Virus record (IMG/VR): IMGVR_UViG_3300028832_000135
Location: 6,057-70,056 of that record
From: a virus
Lineage: Duplodnaviria > Caudoviricetes
Length of the DNA stretch: 64,000 bases
Direction: 5' to 3' (one strand)
A model generated the notes under the pieces. It saw only the letters and a program-made list of their open reading frames with translations. It made no database searches and had not been told where the DNA came from. Below are positions 9,668 to 18,203 of this stretch, in pieces. Each line of letters opens with the position of its first letter. Position 1 is the stretch's first letter. Position numbers and translations under genes: made by a program.

Positions 9668-10564
9668 TTAATCGAGGTGTTCTGCACCCCAAACACTCAA
9701 CCATTTACGGAGTCCTGATATTGCCTTATTAGAAAGACCCAATGTACTTATCGGTGACTTTCCTGGCAACCAAATGTAGGGTTCTCCATTCTTATTTTGG
9801 AACTGTATCTTATCCCAAACTTTATCTTCTGCATCACTTAACTTGTATGTATCGTTAAGAGCGGTAAGGATTGCATCTCTGTCAGCAATGTTAGTGCCCA
9901 TATTTATCTTTCTCGGCAACTTACCATTATTCTGCTTAAGATACTTCGTGAACTCACCCTTATATTTGTCAACCAACTCTTGCTTGCGTGTTTCATAATC
10001 GTTGACTTTCTTCTCAGCGTTAAGTTCTTTTTTCATCTGTTCGTGCTTGGCAATGTCTTTCTCTTGCTTGTCAACAAGGTCTTCTTGCTTACCTGAAGAC
10101 TTCTTGATTGCGTCTACGGCTTTCTGATAAGCCTCATAACCCCAATATTGCTCATTACCAGATGCCTTAAAGCCTTGCCACTTACCGTCAATCTTTGCAA
10201 CAAACGCACGGGGTTCGCTTGCGGGCATATGTTGACCAGTAATTGGAGAAAAATCCTCACCAACAGGGAGTATCTTGTGTCCGTCAACCTCTAATGGTAA
10301 TGTTTTTGTATCGTAATTCTCAACCCAGGCGGAAAACTTACCGTCTTTGGGTGTCTTCATTGTCATCTTACCGCCAACTTTGTTATACCAATGCTCGTAA
10401 AAAGCATAACGGTCATCAATTTCGTCAAGATGCGACTGCTCTTTTGAAGACTTCTTATTCTCTGCACTCTTAATAGCGTCCTTTAAGTCTTTGCCGTTTT
10501 CAATAAAAAGATGTCTGCCCTCAACTGTGACCCAACGACCTTGCTTACCATTAAATTCAGCCAT
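9668..10564 (-). CDS. Tag-A protein 4 (GRWVTVEGRHLFI), unknown C-terminal domains
   Basis: N-terminal motif shared with three upstream ORFs; SD AGGAG. Confidence 0.8.
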   Translation of the reverse strand: MAEFNGKQGRWVTVEGRHLFIENGKDLKDAIKSAENKKSSKEQSHLDEIDDRYAFYEHWYNKVGGKMTMKTPKDGKFSAWVENYDTKTLPLEVDGHKILPVGEDFSPITGQHMPASEPRAFVAKIDGKWQGFKASGNEQYWGYEAYQKAVDAIKKSSGKQEDLVDKQEKDIAKHEQMKKELNAEKKVNDYETRKQELVDKYKGEFTKYLKQNNGKLPRKINMGTNIADRDAILTALNDTYKLSDAEDKVWDKIQFQNKNGEPYIWLPGKSPISTLGLSNKAISGLRKWLSVWGAEHLD

Positions 10565-10569
10565 ATTGT

Positions 10570-10707
10570 TTATCTCCTCTTCTCTTTATATCCGCTCTTA
10601 CGGATAGCGGCACCTTGTTGCTCGGATTTTTTCCTTGCACCCTTACCGCAATATACCTTTTGGTTTCCCCATTGATAACAGTCTTTACCAACCTTATGAA
10701 CAGGCAT
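10570..10707 (-). CDS. 45-aa basic peptide MPVHKVGKDCYQWGNQKVYCGKGARKK...
   Basis: Manually translated; TAATG-coupled to the upstream ORF; below ORF-track cutoff. Confidence 0.7.
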   Translation of the reverse strand: MPVHKVGKDCYQWGNQKVYCGKGARKKSEQQGAAIRKSGYKEKRR

Positions 10708-10826
10708 TACTTCTTTTTCTCCTTATCCTCGGTATCTTCATACATCTTGGGAATGTAATACTTGCTCTCATCTATCGGCTTGGCAAGCAACTTATCAATC
10801 ATTTCTTGTGTTACTTTCTCTGCCAT
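10707..10826 (-). CDS. 39-aa charged peptide MAEKVTQEMIDKLLAKPIDESKYYIPKMYEDTEDKEKKK
   Basis: Manually translated; SD AAAGGAG; directly after the metallopeptidase gene. Confidence 0.65.
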   Translation of the reverse strand: MAEKVTQEMIDKLLAKPIDESKYYIPKMYEDTEDKEKKK

Positions 10827-10838
10827 ATCTGCTCTCCT

Positions 10839-11774
10839 TTACATATGCAATATCTTTACCAATTCTTGTGATAAAGGACTTGCCTTATCCCCATTGGCAA
10901 CATAGTCGGCAACCGCCTCCGCCATAAGTTCGTGATGACTTGTAGCAGCGTACCCGGAAATTGCAGTCGGGTGCTTGAATTTCGGGTTGGCATATCCGAG
11001 AACTCCGTGTTGTGGGGTGCTACCAAGTGCTTTCGTAAGTGCTTGATTTATCTCATTCTCAATGTACTTAGAAGTTGTACCACTTGCCTTGCCCTTACCT
11101 GATGACCACATCGTGACCTCAAGCATATCTGACAAATCGTGCTTTGTAAGTCTTCTGTTCATTCGTCCTATATGTTCAAAGAACATAATGTGCCCCAATT
11201 CGTGTGTAAGTATGTCTTTTGCCGTAGTGCCTTTAGGGTGATAATTGTTACTACCAGAAACGGATTGTGCATACATCTTCTGTAATTGAGGTTGATGCTT
11301 TGAGAATACAGGTGCATTGATATAAACATTATTCATATTGGCTTGAGCCATAGCAACACCAAAGATGCTACCGGGGTCGTTAAAAGAACCAACGCTCTTC
11401 AAGAACCTTAACTGTTGCGGATATTTCTGTTTCATTTCGGCAACGGTATTAAGAACCATATAGAGATTGGTCTTCGTGCAGATATTATCGTCTTCCGGGT
11501 CGAATGTAACCTTAACACCCGTATCTTGCTCAAACTGTTGTACGGCTTGAGTACGGGTGCCAATCTTACTGTAATCCTTGAAATTTGTAGCCAGGGTCGG
11601 TGTTGAGATTGCGTTGGCATAGTTGTGGTCAGCCGTGGCTACCTGTGTCTGGTGTCTACGCTCGGCAATTTCTCTTTCCTGCTTATCAACATCATCTTCC
11701 GCAATGAAGATATGCTTACCTTGCTTGGTTGTTATCCAATGTCCGTTTTTGTTATTGAAGTTAGCCATAATCAA
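10839..11774 (-). CDS. Tag-A protein 3 with zincin-like metallopeptidase domain
   Basis: THELGH (HExxH) plus ISGYA...ELMAEA third-ligand motif; N-terminal GHWITTKQGKHIFI. Confidence 0.8.
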   Translation of the reverse strand: MIMANFNNKNGHWITTKQGKHIFIAEDDVDKQEREIAERRHQTQVATADHNYANAISTPTLATNFKDYSKIGTRTQAVQQFEQDTGVKVTFDPEDDNICTKTNLYMVLNTVAEMKQKYPQQLRFLKSVGSFNDPGSIFGVAMAQANMNNVYINAPVFSKHQPQLQKMYAQSVSGSNNYHPKGTTAKDILTHELGHIMFFEHIGRMNRRLTKHDLSDMLEVTMWSSGKGKASGTTSKYIENEINQALTKALGSTPQHGVLGYANPKFKHPTAISGYAATSHHELMAEAVADYVANGDKASPLSQELVKILHM

Positions 11775-12289
11775 CCGTGCTCCCAGGGTGCTTTAACCTT
11801 TTTAGCAAGGTCAACATAGATTTCTCCCTTGTCTGCATAGGCACGAATAAATCTGAACGCCTGCTTATAATCTTTTTCTGAAAGATTATGGTCAAATGTC
11901 CAACCCCAATAGGTGCCCTCTCCGTCTTCATCTTGTTCCGGGACATTATACACAAAGTTAATGGGTACATTCTTTGTGTTTACCTCAATGCCTTTACCAT
12001 ATCCCCACTCTTCGTTGATTTCTTGCAACAAGTCAGATGGATATACATTATCCTCTCCGTCTTCATCGTGTTGCTTGTTCCACCACTTAATAAGGTCAGC
12101 GGTTTCCTTGTCATCAAGTTTGTCTTTCTTGACAATCTGCTCGGCTTTCTTCTCGTCTGTCAACTTTTTGGTTTGTTCCTCTTGAGCCTTAATCTCCTGC
12201 TCTTGCTTTTCCGTGGGGTCATCAGAGATAAAGATATGTCTTCCGTTAGATGTTACCCAACGACCCTCTTTACCATTATAAGTAGCCAT
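11771..12289 (-). CDS. Tag-A protein 2, acidic unknown C-terminal domain
   Basis: GRWVTSNGRHIFISDD...KQEQEI. Confidence 0.8.
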   Translation of the reverse strand: MATYNGKEGRWVTSNGRHIFISDDPTEKQEQEIKAQEEQTKKLTDEKKAEQIVKKDKLDDKETADLIKWWNKQHDEDGEDNVYPSDLLQEINEEWGYGKGIEVNTKNVPINFVYNVPEQDEDGEGTYWGWTFDHNLSEKDYKQAFRFIRAYADKGEIYVDLAKKVKAPWEHG

Positions 12290-12299
12290 TTCAATTACC

Positions 12300-13280
12300 T
12301 CACTTGATGTATTTCATAATGTCGTTAAGAACGGCATCACTTATTTTTCCGTCAATGACCCAGGTAAGTGCTTTAGCCAGGTCTCCCTTTGTAGCAATCT
12401 TCGCATCTCTCTTCCCGATAAATGCAAGGAACTTACAAGTCAGATTATAGTTAGCCTTGCCCGAAGTAATGCTATTTACCTCACTATCTGAAAAACCATT
12501 GGAAGATAAATCATCACTGACATATTGCCAACCGGGTATGCCGTCCTGCTCATCTCTACCAAACTCCGTCCACTCCTCTGTAAGTCCCTCAAGAGCCTGT
12601 TTTCCGAGTTCTTTTGCCTCTTTGGTCTTGGCATCGGTTGCCTTAATGTTCTCTATGGTCTTATTGAGTCCTTCTTTCTCGGCATTGATGTAATCATCAA
12701 CTGTTCCGTCATTGACTCCTCTTACCTTAAGGTCGCCATTAGCATCAAAATACTGTGTGCCTGTCTTCATCTTCTTAAAATCGGCAATTCTCTGCTTGGA
12801 CTGACGCTTTTCACGGTCAATCTGCTCATCAACCTCATTTTTAGACTTGAGTTCATTTTTTGCCTTTTTATTGGCATACTTTGTGATTTCGCTCTCATAA
12901 CGACCAGTATTTACATACCCATCGTGTATGATGTTATCAAGGCGGCGTTGTTCCTTTCTGACTTGTTCATAGGTTTCACCGCTATCTATGCCATACTTGT
13001 TAAATTGAGAAAGAAGTCTGTAAACCTCAACAGACTTATCGGTAAGTGACTCAAAATCACTATCTTTAGCCGATAAAACCTTTTTAGCGTCCTCGGCAAG
13101 TCCCTTGTAATAAGGGTTATTCTCAACAGGGTCAGTCTTTGTCTGTCTGCTCTGGTTATATTCACTTGCTCTCTTCTGTGACTCTGCGATTTCACGCTCT
13201 TGCTTTTCATTCTGGTCATCAGAAATAAAGATGTGCCTACCATTTACTGTGACCCAACGACCTTTTTCAGAATTACCCAT
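12300..13280 (-). CDS. Tag-A protein 1, helical unknown C-terminal domains
   Basis: GRWVTVNGRHIFISDD...KQEREIA. Confidence 0.8.
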   Translation of the reverse strand: MGNSEKGRWVTVNGRHIFISDDQNEKQEREIAESQKRASEYNQSRQTKTDPVENNPYYKGLAEDAKKVLSAKDSDFESLTDKSVEVYRLLSQFNKYGIDSGETYEQVRKEQRRLDNIIHDGYVNTGRYESEITKYANKKAKNELKSKNEVDEQIDREKRQSKQRIADFKKMKTGTQYFDANGDLKVRGVNDGTVDDYINAEKEGLNKTIENIKATDAKTKEAKELGKQALEGLTEEWTEFGRDEQDGIPGWQYVSDDLSSNGFSDSEVNSITSGKANYNLTCKFLAFIGKRDAKIATKGDLAKALTWVIDGKISDAVLNDIMKYIK

Positions 13281-13307
13281 ATTTTAGGCCTCCTTTAATA
13301 TAATATT

Positions 13308-13336
13308 AGTATATGCAAAACCAAAAAGAATGTCTA
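13308..13336 (-). promoter_or_regulatory. Promoter TAGACA-17-TATACT for tag-A array
   Basis: Read directly; followed by SD AAAGGAGG and the ATG at 13280. Confidence 0.6.
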
Positions 13337-13337
13337 T

Positions 13338-13371
13338 AATAAAAGTGGGATAGGTGGTTAGCCTACCCCAC
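13338..13371 (-). terminator. Rho-independent terminator
   Basis: GTGGGGTAGG/CCTATCCCAC stem followed by TTTTATT. Confidence 0.65.
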
Positions 13372-13391
13372 CCTTTGGAAGTGTGGCGGAT

Positions 13392-13505
13392 TTACTTGTC
13401 ATTCTCTAATCGTTTTAGAGTTTCAAGTATTTCCGCTTTTGTTTTGCATTTTTCCACGATTGTTATGATAAATCGAAGAATGTCTGAAAACATTGCACTT
13501 CTCAT
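13392..13505 (-). CDS. 37-aa small helical protein MRSAMFSDILRFIITIVEKCK...
   Basis: Strong SD AAAGGGGGTG before the ATG at 13505; followed by a terminator. Confidence 0.6.
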   Translation of the reverse strand: MRSAMFSDILRFIITIVEKCKTKAEILETLKRLENDK

Positions 13506-13632
13506 AGTAATCACCCCCTTTCCTAAAGATTTAGCAAGGTGTGTCTTACTATGCTTATATTGTAACATTAGCAACTAATGATTACCTGATAATAATGGTA
13601 CTATTCAAATGTCGCTTGCGAGGCGACAAATA

Positions 13633-13666
13633 GAATACCGACACCCCAAACGGAATGTCGGTACTC
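13633..13666 (-). terminator. Terminator after HNH gene
   Basis: GAGTACCGACATTCC-GTTT-GGGGTGTCGGTATTC stem followed by TATTT. Confidence 0.6.
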
Positions 13667-13691
13667 AAGGGTCTTATGGCTAACAACAGAA

Positions 13692-14189
13692 TTAGTTTCC
13701 TTTTCTTCGTTGTCGCAAGGCTTTCATTTTACAGGCATTACAACAATACTTACTATTCTTATTAGTAAATCGGCTATATGCCTTATTACACATCTCACAT
13801 ACAAAGTGTCGTTCCGTTCGGTTATCCTTACGAGTTAGCACTTGATTTTTATGCCAAGCCTTACCCTCTTCTGACTTATGCCATTCTATCGCTTTCGGAA
13901 CGGCTTTAGTAACAACATTGTTTCGTTTCCACTCTCGCTCTTCCTCTGTAAGCAATTCACCGTGTAATCTCTTGTGTTCCGCTTTAGAGAGTAGTTGTAA
14001 ATTAGAGATGTTATTGTTTGCCCGGTTTCGGTCTATGTGATGAACCTCATACCCTTTAGGAATTTTGCCGTTATAATACTCCCAAACATATTTGTGCATA
14101 AGAATAGTCGTATGCCCAACGGAGTGCCGAAAATAATCATTAGGTTTAGTCTGATAAAATTGTATGCCATTAAATGTCTGGTATTCCAT
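13692..14189 (-). CDS. Free-standing HNH endonuclease with C-terminal Zn ribbon
   Basis: MHKYVWE...VHHIDRNRANNNISNLQLLSKAEHKRLH; CxxC...CxxxC; SD before MEYQ. Confidence 0.9.
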   Translation of the reverse strand: MEYQTFNGIQFYQTKPNDYFRHSVGHTTILMHKYVWEYYNGKIPKGYEVHHIDRNRANNNISNLQLLSKAEHKRLHGELLTEEEREWKRNNVVTKAVPKAIEWHKSEEGKAWHKNQVLTRKDNRTERHFVCEMCNKAYSRFTNKNSKYCCNACKMKALRQRRKGN

Positions 14190-14212
14190 AGATGTTTCCT
14201 CCTTACAGACAC

Positions 14213-14241
14213 ATAATAACAATCGTATCTAACTATGTCAA
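14213..14241 (-). promoter_or_regulatory. Promoter TTGACA-17-TATTAT for HNH gene
   Basis: -35 overlaps the terL TGA stop. Confidence 0.65.
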
Positions 14242-15530
14242 TTACCCTTTCGTGCCCAGTATTTTTGAAGTGCGTAACGAACGCAGTCGATGCTGTGGTT
14301 ATCCTTATCCGGGTAAGCACTGATGAAATTGCCGTCTTTGTCTTGCTCGTACTCATAGTTGGAAAACTCTTTCCAAGTGTAGGGACAAACCTTGCGGTCG
14401 ATATAGATGTGATTAAGTCCTTGCAACCACTTTATGCCGTATCTTACGCTTTCAGGTCCCTTTTCCGCGGGTCTTATGAACGCACCATACGCCTTAAAGT
14501 CGGCTACGGATTTCTGCTCTGCACTATCCGCAATTACGGCCTCGGCTCTGTCTACGAGTTGAAGTTCATCATACAATTCGTGGAATACTGTTTCATTTCT
14601 CTTAAGTAATGTGTTGTACTCCTTAAAGATATACACATCTAAATGCTTTGGGTCGAAGTGCATACGAACAAATCTGAACGGGTCTTGAGCAAAACCCCAG
14701 TCAATACCGTTATAGATTTGGTCGAATGTCTGCCACATCGGTTTTTCTCCTCCCGGTGCTTCCACCAGTGTAGTCGAGTCAAACTCTGCAACATTCGGAA
14801 ATACATCTCCGCCCGTACCGATAGCCAAGCCAAGATATTCGTGAACATATGCTCTCTCATTTCGCAGCTTGAGTTCATTGGCCTCTTCAAAGAATTGCTC
14901 TCCAAGCCATTGCGGGGGAACATCAAGATATGTGTTATGTGTTACGAGCGTATTCGGTCTGTCTTTAACATCATCTGAATACTCATTCGCCCAATTATTC
15001 TTTGAGATAGGCGGGTTGAAAGTCATAAAGTTCCAAAACTCATCTCCACCTCTCATTGTGGATTGCAAAACCTTACGGATTTCATTCTCACCCGCGAACT
15101 GGTCCAACTCCTCCCACCAGGTAATTCCAATATAGCCTTTCTCAACCTTAATGGATTTTACCTTGTTAGGGTCGTCCATACCCATAAAGATTATCTTCTG
15201 ACCCGTGGGCAAGTAGATAATAGGGTTGGAGTATGTCTTTGGTATCTTAAAGAAACTCGTCAAGCCTAACTTCTCAATACCCCAAACAACCTGTGAGTAG
15301 ATACTGTTCTGTATGGTATTTCCTACCTTACGGAAACACACGGCATTTACTTCCGGGTGAGTTATGATAAGCATAGGTATTGCAATGCCGCCATAAAAAG
15401 ACGATTTTGTAGAGCCTCTTCCACCCTCTCCGATATAGTGGACGTGCTTATGTTGCATAATATCCCTAAAGACTGGCTTATACATAGGGATAACGCAATC
15501 GTTTATTGGTATGTTTATCTTAAAGTCCAT
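14238..15530 (-). CDS. terL: Terminase large subunit, PBSX family
   Basis: Walker A GGRGSTKS; WWEELDQF; TFNPP; GIDWG; DNHSIDCVRYA. Confidence 0.97.
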   Translation of the reverse strand: MDFKINIPINDCVIPMYKPVFRDIMQHKHVHYIGEGGRGSTKSSFYGGIAIPMLIITHPEVNAVCFRKVGNTIQNSIYSQVVWGIEKLGLTSFFKIPKTYSNPIIYLPTGQKIIFMGMDDPNKVKSIKVEKGYIGITWWEELDQFAGENEIRKVLQSTMRGGDEFWNFMTFNPPISKNNWANEYSDDVKDRPNTLVTHNTYLDVPPQWLGEQFFEEANELKLRNERAYVHEYLGLAIGTGGDVFPNVAEFDSTTLVEAPGGEKPMWQTFDQIYNGIDWGFAQDPFRFVRMHFDPKHLDVYIFKEYNTLLKRNETVFHELYDELQLVDRAEAVIADSAEQKSVADFKAYGAFIRPAEKGPESVRYGIKWLQGLNHIYIDRKVCPYTWKEFSNYEYEQDKDGNFISAYPDKDNHSIDCVRYALQKYWARKGN

Positions 15531-15550
15531 TATTTCTTCTTATGATATGG

Positions 15551-16099
15551 TTAATCACTTACCTGTGGCTTGGTGTCAAATGCCTGCTGAATGGCTTGAG
15601 CGTCTATGCTCTCACCAACTTCTCCGACATTGGCACTTGCGTCTTCTCCCCAATCAACCGTGATGACCAACTTAGGCGGTTCTTTGCCCGCAACGTGGTC
15701 TTCCACATCAATGACTCTCTTGCATAGTTCCTGACAAGCCTTTGTTCTCTCCGAAAGACTTGCATCAAGTCCAAACTGGTCTTTCTCCTCCCCACGCATC
15801 ACCCTTGTAAGATATTCAAGAAGTTCATCTCGGCTTGCTATCTTATCATTTTTGTGAGATTGTAGCCTGAAATTTATTTCTTCGGTCATATACTCTTTCT
15901 TTAACAGCCTATTTCCGTATTGGTCTGGCTTTGTGGTTTCATAGCCTGCCTTTATTACGGATTGTCGGATATTACCCGATAGCATATATTCATCTATGAA
16001 TTTGGCCTCTTTCGGAGTTAAAGGGTGACCACTATGAGTAGAGAACTTTGTTTGTTTTCTACTTTGAGTTGTTTTCTTTTTAGACTTGTTTTCTGCCAT
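15551..16099 (-). CDS. terS: Terminase small subunit
   Basis: LTPKEAKFIDEY...QSVIKAGY; IASRDELLEYLTRVMRGE...ERTKA. Confidence 0.92.
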   Translation of the reverse strand: MAENKSKKKTTQSRKQTKFSTHSGHPLTPKEAKFIDEYMLSGNIRQSVIKAGYETTKPDQYGNRLLKKEYMTEEINFRLQSHKNDKIASRDELLEYLTRVMRGEEKDQFGLDASLSERTKACQELCKRVIDVEDHVAGKEPPKLVITVDWGEDASANVGEVGESIDAQAIQQAFDTKPQVSD

Positions 16100-16119
16100 A
16101 GTCTGTTATTCTCCGATAA

Positions 16120-16153
16120 AGTAGCGGACAAAGAGAGTTCTCCCCTTGCCCGC
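16120..16153 (-). terminator. Terminator closing the MGS array
   Basis: GCGGGCAAGGGGAG/CTCTCTTTGTCCGC stem (G-U pairs fit minus strand) followed by TACTTT. Confidence 0.65.
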
Positions 16154-16161
16154 CGTTTTTT

Positions 16162-16344
16162 TTAGATTTCGTCTAACGGCAATACATCATCAAGGATTTC
16201 TTGCACTTCTGCGTCAAACTCATCATTGTATGAGTTTGCCTCTGCAATAATCTCATCTGCTTTCTCTATGCCGTGAATGTCTGCCAATACCGCTCTTTCG
16301 GTATCTGCAAAATCATTATTTAGTATTTCAAAACCTCTTGCCAT
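16162..16344 (-). CDS. 60-aa highly acidic protein after JAB gene
   Basis: SD AAGAGG; D/E-rich. Confidence 0.7.
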   Translation of the reverse strand: MARGFEILNNDFADTERAVLADIHGIEKADEIIAEANSYNDEFDAEVQEILDDVLPLDEI

Positions 16345-16368
16345 AACCGTACCTCTTTTGTTATGTCA

Positions 16369-17034
16369 TCAATAGATGTTCTTTGCTTTTGTTGCCGTAT
16401 AAATAAAATCAAACTTGGCTAAGTTCTTCTTATACATTCTGTCAAATGCACCTACGGAGTATTGCCTTGCGTATCTTGTTGCCTGTGCTTGGCTCATAGG
16501 TCTTCTGTATGTGACTTTGCCTGTTCTTCTGTTTACCAACTTGACTTGTCCTTTATGCGGCCCGGACTTCAAAGGTGTAGTTGCCTGCTTATATGCTGAC
16601 TTGTAAGAGTTTGCAAAGTTCTGTTGCATTAACTTCTGATTTGTCTTTACCCACCTCTTGAGTCCGTCACGGTCTGCATTTTTACCAGCCTTAAGGCTAT
16701 AAGATTGTCCTTGCTCGGAATATGCCCTTATTTCACTCAAATTGGAGTCTGCAAACACCTTAAGGTCTTGCATTGAGAGCGTTCCGCCAAAGTCATTATC
16801 GGGGTGATTGTGTGTAAGGACGGCACCGTCAAGTTTGAGATAGCGGGGGTCAATGTGAACACTATGCTCATCTCCGACAAAACCAGTTACAGGCTCACCG
16901 CCTGCCGTAAAGAATGTTGCTTTTTCAACGGAACTATCGAGTCCGCCCCTTGTTGACTTCTCCCACTCTTCCAATGTACCCGTTACCGGGATTTGGTTGA
17001 ATGAGCCAACGGTAAGTATTCCACTTGAACCCAT
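16369..17034 (-). CDS. MGS-tag protein with JAB-like metalloprotease domain
   Basis: E...THNHP...TLSMQDL pattern (HxH...S..D) of JAB/MPN+ toxin-like domains. Confidence 0.75.
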   Translation of the reverse strand: MGSSGILTVGSFNQIPVTGTLEEWEKSTRGGLDSSVEKATFFTAGGEPVTGFVGDEHSVHIDPRYLKLDGAVLTHNHPDNDFGGTLSMQDLKVFADSNLSEIRAYSEQGQSYSLKAGKNADRDGLKRWVKTNQKLMQQNFANSYKSAYKQATTPLKSGPHKGQVKLVNRRTGKVTYRRPMSQAQATRYARQYSVGAFDRMYKKNLAKFDFIYTATKAKNIY

Positions 17035-17046
17035 ATGTCTGTCTCC

Positions 17047-17184
17047 TTACTTCTTTGTCTTCTTAACAGTGGCTTTCTTGGTCTTCTGTGATGCGGTCTT
17101 CTTCTTGATGTTTACACCGTCATTATAACTTCCCATAAAAGCCTTGATGCTATTTGAATTGAAACTCGGCTCCTTGTATGCCAT
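17047..17184 (-). CDS. 45-aa Lys-rich peptide MAYKEPSF...KKTASQKTKKATVKKTKK
   Basis: Manually translated; SD AAAGGAG. Confidence 0.7.
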   Translation of the reverse strand: MAYKEPSFNSNSIKAFMGSYNDGVNIKKKTASQKTKKATVKKTKK

Positions 17185-17196
17185 ATCTGTTCTCCT

Positions 17197-18036
17197 TTAC
17201 TGTTTGAGTACCAATGCACTTCTGTCGATTACATTGTAGTAATCACCATAACTGCCGTGAACTGATGACGGGCCGCTTGAGATTACATTGTAACCCATAC
17301 AAAGTGCATAAATGCTTAAGTTCTTGTTGTTTACGCTACCGATTGCGTTTGCCGTCTGAGGGTGTGACCTTGACCACGCTGAAATCTTCCTTTGAAGTGT
17401 GTACTTGTCGATAACTTTAGCGGTCTTCGGATTGAGTACGCCTTCCATTGTTGAAGAACTACTACCACCGCCATAACCTGTGCTACCGCCACCATTCATC
17501 TCAAAGTATGCACCTGAACCATATGCCGTACCACCGTGCTTACCGCCAATGTAATTAACTCGGCTATAACGGAGAATGTCATTGATGTCGTTACCAGAGA
17601 GACTTACCTTAGTGCCGTCTGCGTTATTGTAAGTAGTACCGCTAACCGTTCTTGCAATAACTTCCTTTTGTGGAATGTTATTGTCTTTCATAAATTGAGC
17701 AAATGACGCACTATCAAGTACCATCGGCTTTTCATTGAGTCCGATTTGGAACGCAAATGATTGTGTTACATCTCTGACATCTTTCAAGTGGTTAGGCATA
17801 TCCACATTTCTTGATGCAATGACTTGAGCAGCCATTTGAACGTCATTCATTGCCGTAAGAGCGTTGAGTGCATTACTCGTAACGGGAGTATTCTGTGCCG
17901 TAGGTGTCTGATTTTGAACTCCGGGATTGCCCGCATTTACAGGGGTTACGGTAGGCGTTGGTGCCGGGGGTACGACACGGGAAGTTGAAAATGTAGAACC
18001 ACCCGAATATCTTGTTGTTGAACCTGTGCTACCCAT
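17197..18036 (-). CDS. MGS-tag protein, probable PARP-like ADP-ribosyltransferase fold
   Basis: IART...GGTAYGSGAYF...STGYG...YYNVIDRSALV resembles the G..YG.G.YF signature; low-complexity P/T/N-rich N-terminus. Confidence 0.55.
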   Translation of the reverse strand: MGSTGSTTRYSGGSTFSTSRVVPPAPTPTVTPVNAGNPGVQNQTPTAQNTPVTSNALNALTAMNDVQMAAQVIASRNVDMPNHLKDVRDVTQSFAFQIGLNEKPMVLDSASFAQFMKDNNIPQKEVIARTVSGTTYNNADGTKVSLSGNDINDILRYSRVNYIGGKHGGTAYGSGAYFEMNGGGSTGYGGGSSSSTMEGVLNPKTAKVIDKYTLQRKISAWSRSHPQTANAIGSVNNKNLSIYALCMGYNVISSGPSSVHGSYGDYYNVIDRSALVLKQ

Positions 18037-18038
18037 TT

Positions 18039-18188
18039 TTACTTTCCTTTCTTACTTGCACTCTTGCCAGTAAAATACTTGCAAGGTGTATTAGGCTTAC
18101 CGAAAGCACCGTCACCCGCACTAAATCTGTCATAAGATGTGTCTGTGACCTTGTTTGCTTTCTTTTGTGTCTTCTTAGTAGTAGCCAT
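18039..18188 (-). CDS. 49-aa Lys-rich peptide MATTKKTQKKANK...SASKKGK
   Basis: Manually translated; SD AAAGGAGG. Confidence 0.7.
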   Translation of the reverse strand: MATTKKTQKKANKVTDTSYDRFSAGDGAFGKPNTPCKYFTGKSASKKGK

Positions 18189-18203
18189 TCTTATGTTCCT
18201 CCT

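Noticed and set aside
13580-14237. Group I intron carrying the HNH in terL
   Set aside because: terL is complete to its C-terminal nuclease motif and no downstream exon is visible; hairpins fit terminators
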